Origin: Candidatus Thorarchaeota archaeon
GTDB taxonomy: Archaea > Asgardarchaeota > Thorarchaeia > Thorarchaeales > Thorarchaeaceae
Assembly: GCA_048882325.1 (NCBI GenBank)
Contig: JBHLRS010000003.1
Span: 1-64,000 of the forward strand
Direction of reading: 5' to 3'
DNA: 64,000 nucleotides
Shown in pieces: positions 38,612 through 48,463 of this stretch. A program made the translations under genes and the position numbers. The notes below the pieces were generated by a model. The model did no database searches. It saw nothing but the letters and a program-made list of their open reading frames with translations, and was not told where the DNA came from. The first letter of the stretch is position 1. Every line of letters begins with the position of its first letter.

Positions 38612-40567
38612 CTAACTCAATAATCCGACTCTCTTGAACAGATATCTGACCAACCAGATAGGAAACGCTAACAGTACTAGAATAAGTCCAATTGATGGTT
38701 GACAGCCTGTTGAGGACGTATAGTCGAGAGCAGATAGAACAGCAAGGTAGGGGAGGAGAAGCGAGATAACAAATCCACGTTCTAGTTTGTCACTTTCTGG
38801 TCTAGAAATGACAAACCACCCATAGATAATTGGAATCAAAAGAAAGGTGACTGAATAAACAAATGATGAAAACCATGGATTACTTGCCACACTAATTTGT
38901 CCTGAAAAGCCATTATACCACCTTATCATTAGCGGCGTTACCCACCATACAACCCGTCCTCCTCCATTGTACAATGCATCCGGGTATGGATTCAGCTTTA
39001 CCATCCATGGAATAAACACGCTGATGGTCAGCAAAGTCACAGGAATCAACCTAGTGTCATTAAGTCGATGTCTAAGGTTGGAATAACGATAAACCCCGCG
39101 GAAGGCAAAGACTGAGGAACATACCAAAACTATCGCCATAATCAGCATCAGAATTTCGCCAACCCCTAATGCCACTCCCAAAACTGACAAGTATGGGTGG
39201 TTGATATGGATCATCAGATTCCTAGAGCTATTGGTTTCATCAATCGTGATGATTGTTTCAACTTTGCTACTTGAAGGTGGATTGAATGTTGTCCCAGTTT
39301 GTGGTGCATACGGTGACCACGAAAAGTATTCGAACCTAAGTGTTCCAGTACCTCCTGGAATGAAAAGTGAAGTGGGAAGAGGATTTTCTAGTGTAGTGTC
39401 AAGAATGAATTGCTCGAAATTGTAAATGCGTTCTTCCATGAAATCGACTGAAAGATACTTGAACATTATTTTTGGTGTAAATTCTAAATCAATCCGTATT
39501 GTGTACATTATAATTGAAACATGTAATGCAGTTCCAGATTGAACCTCGAAGAACACATTTGATGACCAATTAAGCGGATTTGGAGTAGCATAGTCGAACC
39601 TCCAATATGCGACTCCTTCATAGGTTCCAAGTGGAAGGTATACAGTTTTATTTACATCATCAGGAGTGAACAGTGAGAGTGTTTCCGAATCGTTGTCAAC
39701 TGTAAGGTAGAGTTGAGGATTGGTTCTAATGTTCAACATGTTGGGGTTTTGGTACAAGCTCTCTCCGTCCCCATCTTGGAAATCAAAGATAACTGGATAT
39801 AGGTCAATCTCGAAAAAGGCCTGGATCGTCACACTTCGAATGACGATATGAGTTCCCTCTTCAAGTTCCAATCCTACCTTGAAAATCAGTGGACACAACC
39901 AGCTCCCGAGACCTAGCTTTGCCACCACCTTTGCTTGAACAATTGGTAAATGAAGTGTGGTTTCAGAAACCATACCTGCATCGATCTCAGCTTCTTGCCA
40001 GATTGATTTGTCAGAAGCAAAGCCCTCGAGATACAATCCAGCTTTTCCCTCAATGCCCTCTATAACAACGTGAATTGACACATCGCTACAGTTCAATATA
40101 GGGACATATTCTCTATGATGGAAGGACACCCCCGACCACTCACTGAAGGGGTCATACTCCAAATGGTAACCATCGCTTGCATTCCACGCATTTTTGTTAA
40201 AATCATAATAGCTGAATGAATCCATCTCCCGACCTGGATTGAATGGTGTACTATTGAACAGTACTGTGGTATTTACACCACTCTGGGGATATGACAACAT
40301 TTCGCTGTAGGTGCTGTCATTGGTCTCTGACTCAAGAGTGACACTTGTGGCTGGTGTGAAACGATATGAAAAAGTCAGGAAGGATGGTAACAAAGTGGTA
40401 AACAGAATGATAAGAATAAAAGCTTTGTAAGGTAAATGGTCACTCGACAGTTTTGGTTTGATGTGTTTTTTATATGCTTCTTCAGAAATCTCTCCCATTC
40501 TAATAGCTGCTTTTTTAGGGATGCGACAGGCTCTTATGATAATCTCAGAAATCTTGTCTTTTACCAT
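38612..40567 (-). CDS. Large membrane protein: N-terminal TM, big ectodomain, C-terminal multi-TM
   Basis: Hydropathy pattern; many N-x-S/T sequons; overlaps the stop of the upstream HTH gene; start uncertain (40567 or 40591). Confidence 0.65.
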   Translation of the reverse strand: MVKDKISEIIIRACRIPKKAAIRMGEISEEAYKKHIKPKLSSDHLPYKAFILIILFTTLLPSFLTFSYRFTPATSVTLESETNDSTYSEMLSYPQSGVNTTVLFNSTPFNPGREMDSFSYYDFNKNAWNASDGYHLEYDPFSEWSGVSFHHREYVPILNCSDVSIHVVIEGIEGKAGLYLEGFASDKSIWQEAEIDAGMVSETTLHLPIVQAKVVAKLGLGSWLCPLIFKVGLELEEGTHIVIRSVTIQAFFEIDLYPVIFDFQDGDGESLYQNPNMLNIRTNPQLYLTVDNDSETLSLFTPDDVNKTVYLPLGTYEGVAYWRFDYATPNPLNWSSNVFFEVQSGTALHVSIIMYTIRIDLEFTPKIMFKYLSVDFMEERIYNFEQFILDTTLENPLPTSLFIPGGTGTLRFEYFSWSPYAPQTGTTFNPPSSSKVETIITIDETNSSRNLMIHINHPYLSVLGVALGVGEILMLIMAIVLVCSSVFAFRGVYRYSNLRHRLNDTRLIPVTLLTISVFIPWMVKLNPYPDALYNGGGRVVWWVTPLMIRWYNGFSGQISVASNPWFSSFVYSVTFLLIPIIYGWFVISRPESDKLERGFVISLLLPYLAVLSALDYTSSTGCQPSIGLILVLLAFPIWLVRYLFKRVGLLS

Positions 40568-41036
40568 TCCTATCCCATCCCAGACGCTCAACTATTGTGT
40601 CAAAAAGTGTCTTTGCGATTTTGGTTGGTGGCAAGTCTTTCGATATTCCTATCTTCCACTCCTCTGCCAGTCCTCTTAGAATCCTGACACAATCTGACTG
40701 CTCTGCACAACTAGCGCAATCACCCTCATGATCAAACCATACTTGAATCCTATATTCTGGAGAGTATGTGATGTAAGTCTGAGATTTATTGGAATGACAG
40801 TATCCTATAGCAAAGCCATATTGCGAACTCACATTCTGGATTTTGATTCTATTCACTTGTGCAGCATTCAACATGAGTTTCTTTATTCTCTGTTCTGCTA
40901 TTCTCTGTGCTTGACTTACAAATGGCCTTGACACTCCAAGCTCTTTCGCAATTATCGAGGGAGGTGTTTTCTGTCGTCTCTTTAACCAGATATGATTCTG
41001 TTTTTTTGTAGGATATCTAAAACTCACAAACATCAA
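40545..41036 (-). CDS. HTH transcriptional regulator with C-terminal H..C..C....C metal site
   Basis: PSIIAKELGVSRPFVSQ; HEGDCASCAEQSDC. Confidence 0.75.
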   Translation of the reverse strand: MMFVSFRYPTKKQNHIWLKRRQKTPPSIIAKELGVSRPFVSQAQRIAEQRIKKLMLNAAQVNRIKIQNVSSQYGFAIGYCHSNKSQTYITYSPEYRIQVWFDHEGDCASCAEQSDCVRILRGLAEEWKIGISKDLPPTKIAKTLFDTIVERLGWDRNGKRQDF

Positions 41037-41053
41037 ACCACACTCAGACGGAG

Positions 41054-41114
41054 TTAACCTACTTTATGCAACTCCTCACTCTAGCAATATAAATTAACCT
41101 ATTTTATGCAACTC
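41054..41114. repeat. Pair of 21-bp direct repeats flanking a TATA box (putative operators)
   Basis: TTAACCTACTTTATGCAACTC (41054-41074) and TTAACCTATTTTATGCAACTC (41094-41114); minus-strand TTTATA at 41088-41093 between them. Confidence 0.8.
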
Positions 41115-41191
41115 ATACCTAAATCTCTCGAATAATCTATCAATGTCTACTCAAAGACATTTGGAGCGGTCATACTCCGAATTGAATCAAA

Positions 41192-42334
41192 TTATGACTT
41201 GAGTGATTTGACATCTCTGATTTTCTCAAGAATCTCGTTTGGTAGCTGTGGCATCCCTGCTGGTTTTGTCATAAGATGGACCGGAGTTGGTGCAGCAAAA
41301 GCCCTCACCATGTAATAGACCTGTCCTAAATTCTGTTCAGCCACTATAATGTGGTCCACCTCAGAGGCAAGTTGGGCTACCTGTTCTTCTGGGAATGGCC
41401 AGACCGTCTTGAGCCTGAGCATTCCTACCTTAATGCCTTCCTCCCGTGCATCCCTGATTGCCCTCTTCGCACTTCTTGAGGGGGTGCCGTACGAAATGAC
41501 TGCAATCTTCGCATCGTCAAGCATGAATCGCTCAAGATCTATGATCTTATCCGCGTTCTTCACAATTTTGTCATTCAGTCGTGTGATTAGCTCGATTTGG
41601 ACATGTTCCTTGTCACTAGGATATCCGCGCTCGTCATGAGTAAGGCCTGTTGCATAGAACTGATACTTGGAACCAAAGAGTGCCATAGGAGGTACAAGAT
41701 CATCATCAGCTTTGAAGGGGAGATACTCAGATGGATCAACGGTTGGTGTTTTGCGATTCACGAGTTTCAGGTCTTTCTCATCGGGAATCACTAAACGTTC
41801 CCTCATATGACCCACAGTTTCATCAGCTAAAACAAAGACAGGAGTTCTGAACTGTTCAGACAGATTGAAAGCTTGAACGGTCTGGTCAAACATCTCTTGA
41901 ACTGAAGCTGGAGTCAATGCTATTATCTGATAGTCTCCGTGACTTCCCCACTTTGCTTGCATTACATCTCCTTGTTGACCCTTTGTAGGTTGGCCAGTAC
42001 TAGGCCCACCTCGCATGATATTAACCAGAACAAGTGGGGTTTCTGTCATCACAGCTAACCCAATCGCCTCGAGCATCAGACTGACACCTGGTCCGGATGT
42101 TGCTGTCATTGATTTCACACCGGTCCAAGACGCGCCGATAACGCTAGTGATTGATGCTATCTCATCTTCATACTGGACATAAGCTCCTCCAAGCTCAGGC
42201 ATTCTTTGTGCCATCCACTCCGCAATCTCTGTTGCTGGTGTAATCGGATATCCTCCGAAATATCGGCATCCTGCGCTCAGAGCACCTTCTGCGCTGGCAA
42301 TATCACCCATTGTGAACATGATACGTTTAGGCAT
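41192..42334 (-). CDS. korA: 2-oxoacid:ferredoxin oxidoreductase alpha subunit
   Basis: GYPITPATE, EDEIAS, TATSGPG, RGGPSTG, HGDY, EQNLGQ. Confidence 0.93.
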   Translation of the reverse strand: MPKRIMFTMGDIASAEGALSAGCRYFGGYPITPATEIAEWMAQRMPELGGAYVQYEDEIASITSVIGASWTGVKSMTATSGPGVSLMLEAIGLAVMTETPLVLVNIMRGGPSTGQPTKGQQGDVMQAKWGSHGDYQIIALTPASVQEMFDQTVQAFNLSEQFRTPVFVLADETVGHMRERLVIPDEKDLKLVNRKTPTVDPSEYLPFKADDDLVPPMALFGSKYQFYATGLTHDERGYPSDKEHVQIELITRLNDKIVKNADKIIDLERFMLDDAKIAVISYGTPSRSAKRAIRDAREEGIKVGMLRLKTVWPFPEEQVAQLASEVDHIIVAEQNLGQVYYMVRAFAAPTPVHLMTKPAGMPQLPNEILEKIRDVKSLKS

Positions 42335-42682
42335 CTAATGCTCCTCCTCGTCGGGCATATCTCTCTCAAATTCAGGAATGCTAGTACCATTTTCAAGCGC
42401 ACCTGCCTTGTAGGCTTTCTCAGCCTCCTTTCGATCAGCAAGAAAGATAGCCATATCTGGACATATTCTCTCGCAAAACTCACAGTTTACACAGGCGTCT
42501 ATATCACACGCTGTCACCGGGTGGTAGCCTTTCCTATTGTAAATATCAGTGAGACACAACACATTCTTTGGACAGAACTCTATGCAGAGCATGCACTGTT
42601 TACACTGCTCTCGGAGGATGACAAGCACCTTCTCTCTTGTCCTCGGGGGTTTCGGTGTTATCGGTTTTCGAACCACTGACAT
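42335..42682 (-). CDS. korD: 2-oxoacid:ferredoxin oxidoreductase delta (2x[4Fe-4S] ferredoxin) subunit
   Basis: CKQCMLCIEFCP, CVNCEFCERICPDMAI; abuts korA. Confidence 0.88.
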   Translation of the reverse strand: MSVVRKPITPKPPRTREKVLVILREQCKQCMLCIEFCPKNVLCLTDIYNRKGYHPVTACDIDACVNCEFCERICPDMAIFLADRKEAEKAYKAGALENGTSIPEFERDMPDEEEH

Positions 42683-42882
42683 CGATGTCTTTTCTCCTTG
42701 AACCCTCTAACAAGAGTCCACTATGTGCTCACCGTGACAGATACCTGTTCAGGCGTGACCTTTGGCGCACGCTCAAGCTATTTTAGCCTTACCTTGGGGG
42801 ACCTAGCTTTTGAGAGCACAATCAGCAGATTTTAAGAGTCCAACATCATTATCTTGGCTTCAGAAAACTGGAGTCGTAGGTC

Positions 42883-43353
42883 TTGACTAAGGAGAATCCA
42901 ACCGATGAAGAGTTGGCAGAACTTGTCAAAGGCAAGACTCTAAGTGTCTACTGGTATATGCTTCGGCATCCAGAACCATTGACAGCACGTGAAATACAAC
43001 GTGGTGCTGAACTTTCAAGCCCCTCTCTTTCTATGCATCATCTTGAACGTCTAAGGCAATTTGGTCTTGTTGACAAGGATGTCCACGGCCAATACACAGT
43101 CACACGCGATGTGAGAATGGGTATCCTGAATCAGTTCATGGGACGAGGTCGAATAATGGTTCCCCGTTTCCTCTTCTATGCCACATTCTATACATCTCTC
43201 ACAGCAGCTCTTGGGTCTCTGTTGTTTTGGCTAACTACTGATTGGTACTCGATGGTTCTAATGGCTCTGCTAGTATCAGCTTGCATCGTATTATGGTATG
43301 AAGCACTCAAGGTCTGGAGAGAACAACCTTTTCCTGAGGGTGAACGAGAGTGA
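42883..43353 (+). CDS. ArsR-like winged-helix regulator with two C-terminal TM helices
   Basis: REIQRGAELSSPSLSMHHLERL..GLV; PRFLFYATF followed by two TM. Confidence 0.78.
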   Translation: MTKENPTDEELAELVKGKTLSVYWYMLRHPEPLTAREIQRGAELSSPSLSMHHLERLRQFGLVDKDVHGQYTVTRDVRMGILNQFMGRGRIMVPRFLFYATFYTSLTAALGSLLFWLTTDWYSMVLMALLVSACIVLWYEALKVWREQPFPEGERE

Positions 43354-44285
43354 AGTCTAAAATGAGATCATCAAATAAACCTGAAAGAATCCGAATGACT
43401 AGAACAGGAGTAGCCATGCTTCTGATATTGGTGTTATCCGCTACTCTTCCCTTAACGAGTATCACCTCAGACAATTCTGTTCGTGTGCAATCTTCAATAA
43501 CTCACTATGTCCTCTCCGCAGGATCGCCTGAACTTAATCTAAGTTACACAACTCGTACTAAATTATTCGATACACCTGTGAAATCTGGCGATAGGATAGG
43601 TGGAGATCATATTGTACTAAAGGCTGAATGGACTCCTTCGCTTGTTAACAGGACTAGGTTGGAAATATATGCTCCTGCTATTCCTGCGACCTTGGCGGTT
43701 GAAGAAAATGAAGACACGCTGGAGATTGATACTCGTGCTCTTGGGAACAATGCAACCTGTGTCATCACATCAACAGCATGGCTCACAAATGGGTCGATAG
43801 CGACCATCGAGTTCACTGATGTCTACATAGGCAATTACTTCATGCCCCATGTTAGAGTCCTTGAGCCAAATGGTGGTGAGAATTGGACAGGCACTCACAA
43901 TATCACCTGGACCGCATTTGATTCGAATGCAGATGACACTTTTCTCTTTGATGTAGCGTTCTCATCAAATGGAGGTCAGACATTTGAATCCTTGATTATT
44001 TCCACCAATCTTACATGGTTTGAGTGGGACTGCACTGGTTTAAACCCGACAAGTATGTATCTAGTCCAAGTGCGGGTCACTGATGGAATCTACTATTCCA
44101 TTGACCTGTCAGATGATACCTTCACAGCAGGAGGAGGAGCCGGTACAACTTCATCATCAACAACTACGCCAACAACACCAATCCCAGGACCAGATTTTAG
44201 AATCATTGCATTCGTCGCGATTCTCCTTTTCTCAAGTAGTGTAATGGCTCTTGTTGTTTATTATGCTGCCAGAAAGTGGTTCTAA
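43350..44285 (+). CDS. Surface protein with Ig-like (PNGGE..W) domain, Thr-rich linker and C-terminal TM
   Basis: VLEPNGGENWTGTHNITW, TTSSSTTTPTTP, C-terminal hydrophobic helix. Confidence 0.72.
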   Translation: MKSKMRSSNKPERIRMTRTGVAMLLILVLSATLPLTSITSDNSVRVQSSITHYVLSAGSPELNLSYTTRTKLFDTPVKSGDRIGGDHIVLKAEWTPSLVNRTRLEIYAPAIPATLAVEENEDTLEIDTRALGNNATCVITSTAWLTNGSIATIEFTDVYIGNYFMPHVRVLEPNGGENWTGTHNITWTAFDSNADDTFLFDVAFSSNGGQTFESLIISTNLTWFEWDCTGLNPTSMYLVQVRVTDGIYYSIDLSDDTFTAGGGAGTTSSSTTTPTTPIPGPDFRIIAFVAILLFSSSVMALVVYYAARKWF

Positions 44286-45178
44286 CTCAGTATCTTGTCT
44301 AGCAGAGGTTGTGTGCTGATAATATGTTTATCAAGGCCCAACTGAGATGAATCCAGCTCCATTGCTAAACCAAGTAGTTGTGTGTAATAGAGGACTGGTA
44401 TCTGATACTTCTTCTCTCCAAGTTCCTTGTTCAACTGGTCCTGTGAAGTTTCGTATTGTAAATGACAGAATGAACAGACGTTTACTATACAGTCTACATC
44501 AGCGTCAAGTAGATTGTCGAGTTTCTCTTTAGCAATATCAACACTCAAAATGACTTGTGAGCCCCGAACTCCACCGCCTGCTCCACAACATAAGTCCTTG
44601 TCCTTGTACTTTGTACTCTCTGCTCCGGTCGCCTCAACGAGTTCATCGAGAAATGTATGTCTCTGTGTCTTCTCCCAAGGTCGGTTTTTGCTTGGCCTCA
44701 GAAGATGACATCCATAATGGACTCCTACTTTGATTCCATTAAGTGGTCGAGTGACCTTTTCTTTGATGACGTCAGGTCCCATCTCTGCTATAACCTCAAT
44801 AACATGTTTAGCCTCTACCTTGCCAGCATATTTGAGTCCCATTCCTTTGAAGACTTTCTGAACCTCCTTCAAGCGATTTGGGTGTTCACGAACTTCAGTA
44901 AGTGCTTCTTTGAAAGTACTATAACAGCCATTGCATCCAGTGATGATGTCGTGTCCAGTCATCTCCGCCAGTGCGAGGTTCCTTGATGCGAGTGCCAGCC
45001 ATGTGGGTTCATCAAAGGACCGGATGACTCCCGGTGCAGGACAACAACTTGCTCCTTCAAGGTCCTCTAGCAGAATCCCCAATTTCGGGAGTACTAATCG
45101 TATACTCGCCTCCAAATTCGGGAAGCGATTGGGCATAACGCAACCGAGAAAGAATGAATAGGTCTGGGCTTCAGTCAA
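44282..45178 (-). CDS. hdrB: Heterodisulfide reductase subunit B
   Basis: FLGC, SCCPAPG, GCNGC, HYGCH, CCGAGGG, CSFC. Confidence 0.92.
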   Translation of the reverse strand: MTEAQTYSFFLGCVMPNRFPNLEASIRLVLPKLGILLEDLEGASCCPAPGVIRSFDEPTWLALASRNLALAEMTGHDIITGCNGCYSTFKEALTEVREHPNRLKEVQKVFKGMGLKYAGKVEAKHVIEVIAEMGPDVIKEKVTRPLNGIKVGVHYGCHLLRPSKNRPWEKTQRHTFLDELVEATGAESTKYKDKDLCCGAGGGVRGSQVILSVDIAKEKLDNLLDADVDCIVNVCSFCHLQYETSQDQLNKELGEKKYQIPVLYYTQLLGLAMELDSSQLGLDKHIISTQPLLDKILS

Positions 45179-45179
45179 C

Positions 45180-45728
45180 TCAGCTGCCCTCCGTCTTCTG
45201 GCTCTTAATGAGCTCTCTGAATCCCGTCCTCTTTATTATCTCCTGCACTTGTTTGAGAGCCTTTTTGTTTGAGTGAGTTGTAGGAGGCAACTCCTGAAGT
45301 CCCAGGTCCTTTCGTATCTCTCTGTTTGCCTCATCGATCGGAACAGCATGACCAGTAGAGATTAGCTTCAGAGAGGCTTTCTTATGTTCAGGTAGCATGA
45401 ATCCATGGTCTACAGCCATATTTCTCATAATGATTATTGCATCAGTGATCTTGATCTGTCTTGGACATCTCTCTAGACATGTATAACAAGTTGAACATAG
45501 CCAAAGGTCCGAGCTGGATAACACTTCATCTTTGAGACCCAACAATGCTTTTCTGATGAGTTCACGAGTTCTGAATGCTGTCCTTCGTCCACTAGGACAG
45601 ACACTCGAACAGGTGCCGCACTGGATACAGCTTCGAATCCTGTCAGCTCCAGCTTTTACAATCTTGTCAACGAATTCATTATCTATGTCCTCGTTGTCAA
45701 TGATGTCCCAGGAGTCGCTATTTGTCAT
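45180..45728 (-). CDS. hdrC: Heterodisulfide reductase subunit C
   Basis: CIQCGTCSSVCPSG, WLCSTCYTCLERCPR, TGHAVP. Confidence 0.92.
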   Translation of the reverse strand: MTNSDSWDIIDNEDIDNEFVDKIVKAGADRIRSCIQCGTCSSVCPSGRRTAFRTRELIRKALLGLKDEVLSSSDLWLCSTCYTCLERCPRQIKITDAIIIMRNMAVDHGFMLPEHKKASLKLISTGHAVPIDEANREIRKDLGLQELPPTTHSNKKALKQVQEIIKRTGFRELIKSQKTEGS

Positions 45729-45811
45729 TATTGGACCTCTGTCTTCGATGTGTCGGTCGCACTACATGCGGAATATAAGAATTGAGTTATTGTGGCTTTG
45801 CATGTAGACAT

Positions 45812-46888
45812 CTAATCGAAGTTGTAATTATCCCGTCCTAATAGACCTAAGTTTCCAATCCTGACATTAGTCAAGCCTTCATCACTTGCGACAGTCAGTG
45901 CGGCTTGAGCATGTTCCGTACTAGTTCTTGGGAGGTCACTCATAGCATGATGCGGGTAAAAACCTAGTAGGGCTGTTGGAATGGTTGGGTCATTCTCTGC
46001 AATGAAAGCGCAGATCTTCCTGACTTCTTTGATATCCACATAGCCCGGTACAAGAAGGACACTGGCGACCAGAAACTCCTCCTCACGTTCTCTCTTTGCA
46101 ACTGATAGCTCTTTGAAGTTTCGTAGCATGACTGTATTTGCTATTCCCGTCAGAGCTCGATAAAGCTCTGGTGACACTGCTTTGATATCAAACTTGATTG
46201 TGCCTCTAGTATCACTAACAACAGTCGCGATTTTGTCAAGCCATTTCTTTGAGATGTTGCCATTAGTTTCGTAACAGACTCTCACACTTTTTTCTTCATT
46301 CAGCATCTTTGATGTTTCCAATGAATGTTCAGGATTGCATGCTGGATCCCCTCCAAAGTAGCATACACATGCTGTATAGTCATCTGCTGCATTTGCTAAC
46401 TCTCGTGGAGTTAGAAGAGGTCTGCCTTTGGCCATCATCGTTCGATAGCTCGTATTCTGGCAAAACAAACAATCCGAGTTGCAGGAACCATAGAAGACAG
46501 CTAAATTCTTCAGTCGTTTCTTTCCTATTCCTAACTCTTGTTCTGAAGTCACTGGACAAACCCAATCCGCGACACAATTTGTGGGAAGGGGATCAAAGTA
46601 CCAAGAAGCAACTGCTTTGCTTCCATACCTATCAGCAATTTTCCCCTCCCTGACAATCCTAATGCCACAAAACCCGACATCTCCTTCATCCATTCTGCAA
46701 TGGTTACCGCATTCACCACAAGTCACTACACCATGAGTCGGAACAGAGGGTACGAGTCGATCACGATTTCTAAGTTGTTCGTGTATGTGTTGTGCCAATG
46801 ATTGTTCACCGTTTTTGATACAGTCTGAACAAGCACCAATTGATTGAGAGATGACTCTCTCTACATCATCATGATTCGGACATAACAT
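45812..46888 (-). CDS. Radical SAM protein, PFL-activase/AmmeMemoRadiSAM-like
   Basis: CNSDCLFCQN, FGGDP, ETNG, FDIKA; Cys-rich N-terminus. Confidence 0.85.
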   Translation of the reverse strand: MLCPNHDDVERVISQSIGACSDCIKNGEQSLAQHIHEQLRNRDRLVPSVPTHGVVTCGECGNHCRMDEGDVGFCGIRIVREGKIADRYGSKAVASWYFDPLPTNCVADWVCPVTSEQELGIGKKRLKNLAVFYGSCNSDCLFCQNTSYRTMMAKGRPLLTPRELANAADDYTACVCYFGGDPACNPEHSLETSKMLNEEKSVRVCYETNGNISKKWLDKIATVVSDTRGTIKFDIKAVSPELYRALTGIANTVMLRNFKELSVAKREREEEFLVASVLLVPGYVDIKEVRKICAFIAENDPTIPTALLGFYPHHAMSDLPRTSTEHAQAALTVASDEGLTNVRIGNLGLLGRDNYNFD

Positions 46889-46976
46889 TGTTAATTATCA
46901 ATACTTTTGTGTGAATGAACTTTACGACCTTTCGGTAACGTATTTTAGCATGAATTCTAACATCCCACTATAGCTG

Positions 46977-47540
46977 GTGTCAATCTTGACTAGTACCGAG
47001 GAAAAATCCGCGATTGTCATCGATACGCCAGATGACTCATTCATCCAATTGATCAAGAAGACAGGTGGTCCCAACATTCAGAACTGCTACCAGTGTGGTA
47101 CTTGTAGTGGGAGTTGTCCTGCTGGGGCTCGAACCAATTATCTTGTCCGTGGAATCATCCGTAAAGCCCTTCTCGGATTAAAGGAACAGTGTATCTCATC
47201 ACCAGAACTCTGGTACTGCACTACATGCTATACGTGCACAGATAGATGCCCACAGGATGTGAGGCCAACGGATGTTATCAAAGCCATTAGGAATATTGCT
47301 GTCGCTGAAGGCTATATGCTCACACCTCATCAAAAGACAGCCTTGAAAGTCTTGGAGGCTGGACATGCAGTTCCACTTGACAAAGAGATGTGGGAAACCC
47401 TTAGAGAAAAAGTGGGATTAGAGCGAGTTCCTCCTAATGCTAGTCGATATCCTGAAGCAATCGAAGAAATAATGAAGATTGCCAAGAAGACTGGTTTCGA
47501 CAAGCTGGTAGAAGAGAAGGAGGAAACGAAGGAGGAATAA
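46977..47540 (+). CDS. hdrC: Heterodisulfide reductase subunit C
   Basis: CYQCGTCSGSCP, WYCTTCYTCTDRCPQ, GHAVP. Confidence 0.92.
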   Translation: MSILTSTEEKSAIVIDTPDDSFIQLIKKTGGPNIQNCYQCGTCSGSCPAGARTNYLVRGIIRKALLGLKEQCISSPELWYCTTCYTCTDRCPQDVRPTDVIKAIRNIAVAEGYMLTPHQKTALKVLEAGHAVPLDKEMWETLREKVGLERVPPNASRYPEAIEEIMKIAKKTGFDKLVEEKEETKEE

Positions 47541-47542
47541 TC

Positions 47543-48463
47543 ATGGCAAAACAGTCATTCTATCATTTCTTGGGCTGCATTATCCCACACAGATATCCAA
47601 GTATCGAGTCTGCTGCAAAACTAATTTTCAAGGACTTGGATGTGGGTCTCCTTGACATGGAGGGGGCAACATGTTGTCCAGCTCCTGGTGTGTTTGGTTC
47701 GTTTGACCGAGTTACCTGGGCAACGATTGCAGCACGAAATTTGACCATTGCTGAGGCGGGAGGACACCCCATAACAACAGGATGCAACGGATGCTTTGCA
47801 AGTCTCTGGGATGCAAATCATGAGTTGAAACATGATGACGAGCTCAGAGACCAGGTGAATGAGAACCTGGCTGAGATTGATCGAGAGTTTAAGGGTACCA
47901 TCGAGGTCTGGCACTATGTTGATGCGCTCTATTCTAAAATTGGTCTAGAGAAAATTAGGAAGCAGGTGACTCGTCCATTCACTGATGTTCGAATGGCTCT
48001 GCATCCAGGATGTCACTGGATGCGACCGAAGTTAATCAAGAAGAAAGATGACTCAGAACGGCCTCACATCTTTCGAGACCTATGTGAAACCTCTGGCGCT
48101 GAGTATATTCCCTACAAGGATGAACTAATCTGTTGCGGAGCTGGAGGTGCAGTTAGAACCGCAGATGTCGAAATTGCTTTAGACTTCACCAAACAGAAGT
48201 TTGATAGTCTCATGGAGGTGGGTGGAGCAGACATTGTTGTCACACCCTGTCCTTTCTGTGAACTCCAGCTTGACATGGGGCAAGTAGAGATTCAGAAATA
48301 CTTTGATGCAGAGTACCATTTTGATATCCTACATGTGGTAGAGCTGCTTGCATTAGCTTTCGGTCACGAACCTGACGAATTTGGTCTTACCACTCATCTA
48401 CAATATATGCAGCGTAAGAACCAACCCAATTGGGAACGACTTGGTATTGAGGTTAAGACGTAG
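47543..48463 (+). CDS. hdrB: Heterodisulfide reductase subunit B
   Basis: FLGC, TCCPAPG, GCNGC, HPGCH, CCGAGG, CPFC. Confidence 0.92.
   Translation: MAKQSFYHFLGCIIPHRYPSIESAAKLIFKDLDVGLLDMEGATCCPAPGVFGSFDRVTWATIAARNLTIAEAGGHPITTGCNGCFASLWDANHELKHDDELRDQVNENLAEIDREFKGTIEVWHYVDALYSKIGLEKIRKQVTRPFTDVRMALHPGCHWMRPKLIKKKDDSERPHIFRDLCETSGAEYIPYKDELICCGAGGAVRTADVEIALDFTKQKFDSLMEVGGADIVVTPCPFCELQLDMGQVEIQKYFDAEYHFDILHVVELLALAFGHEPDEFGLTTHLQYMQRKNQPNWERLGIEVKT

Noticed and set aside
41054-41114. Mini CRISPR array
   Set aside because: Only two 21-bp repeats with a 19-bp spacer containing a TATA box; no cas genes
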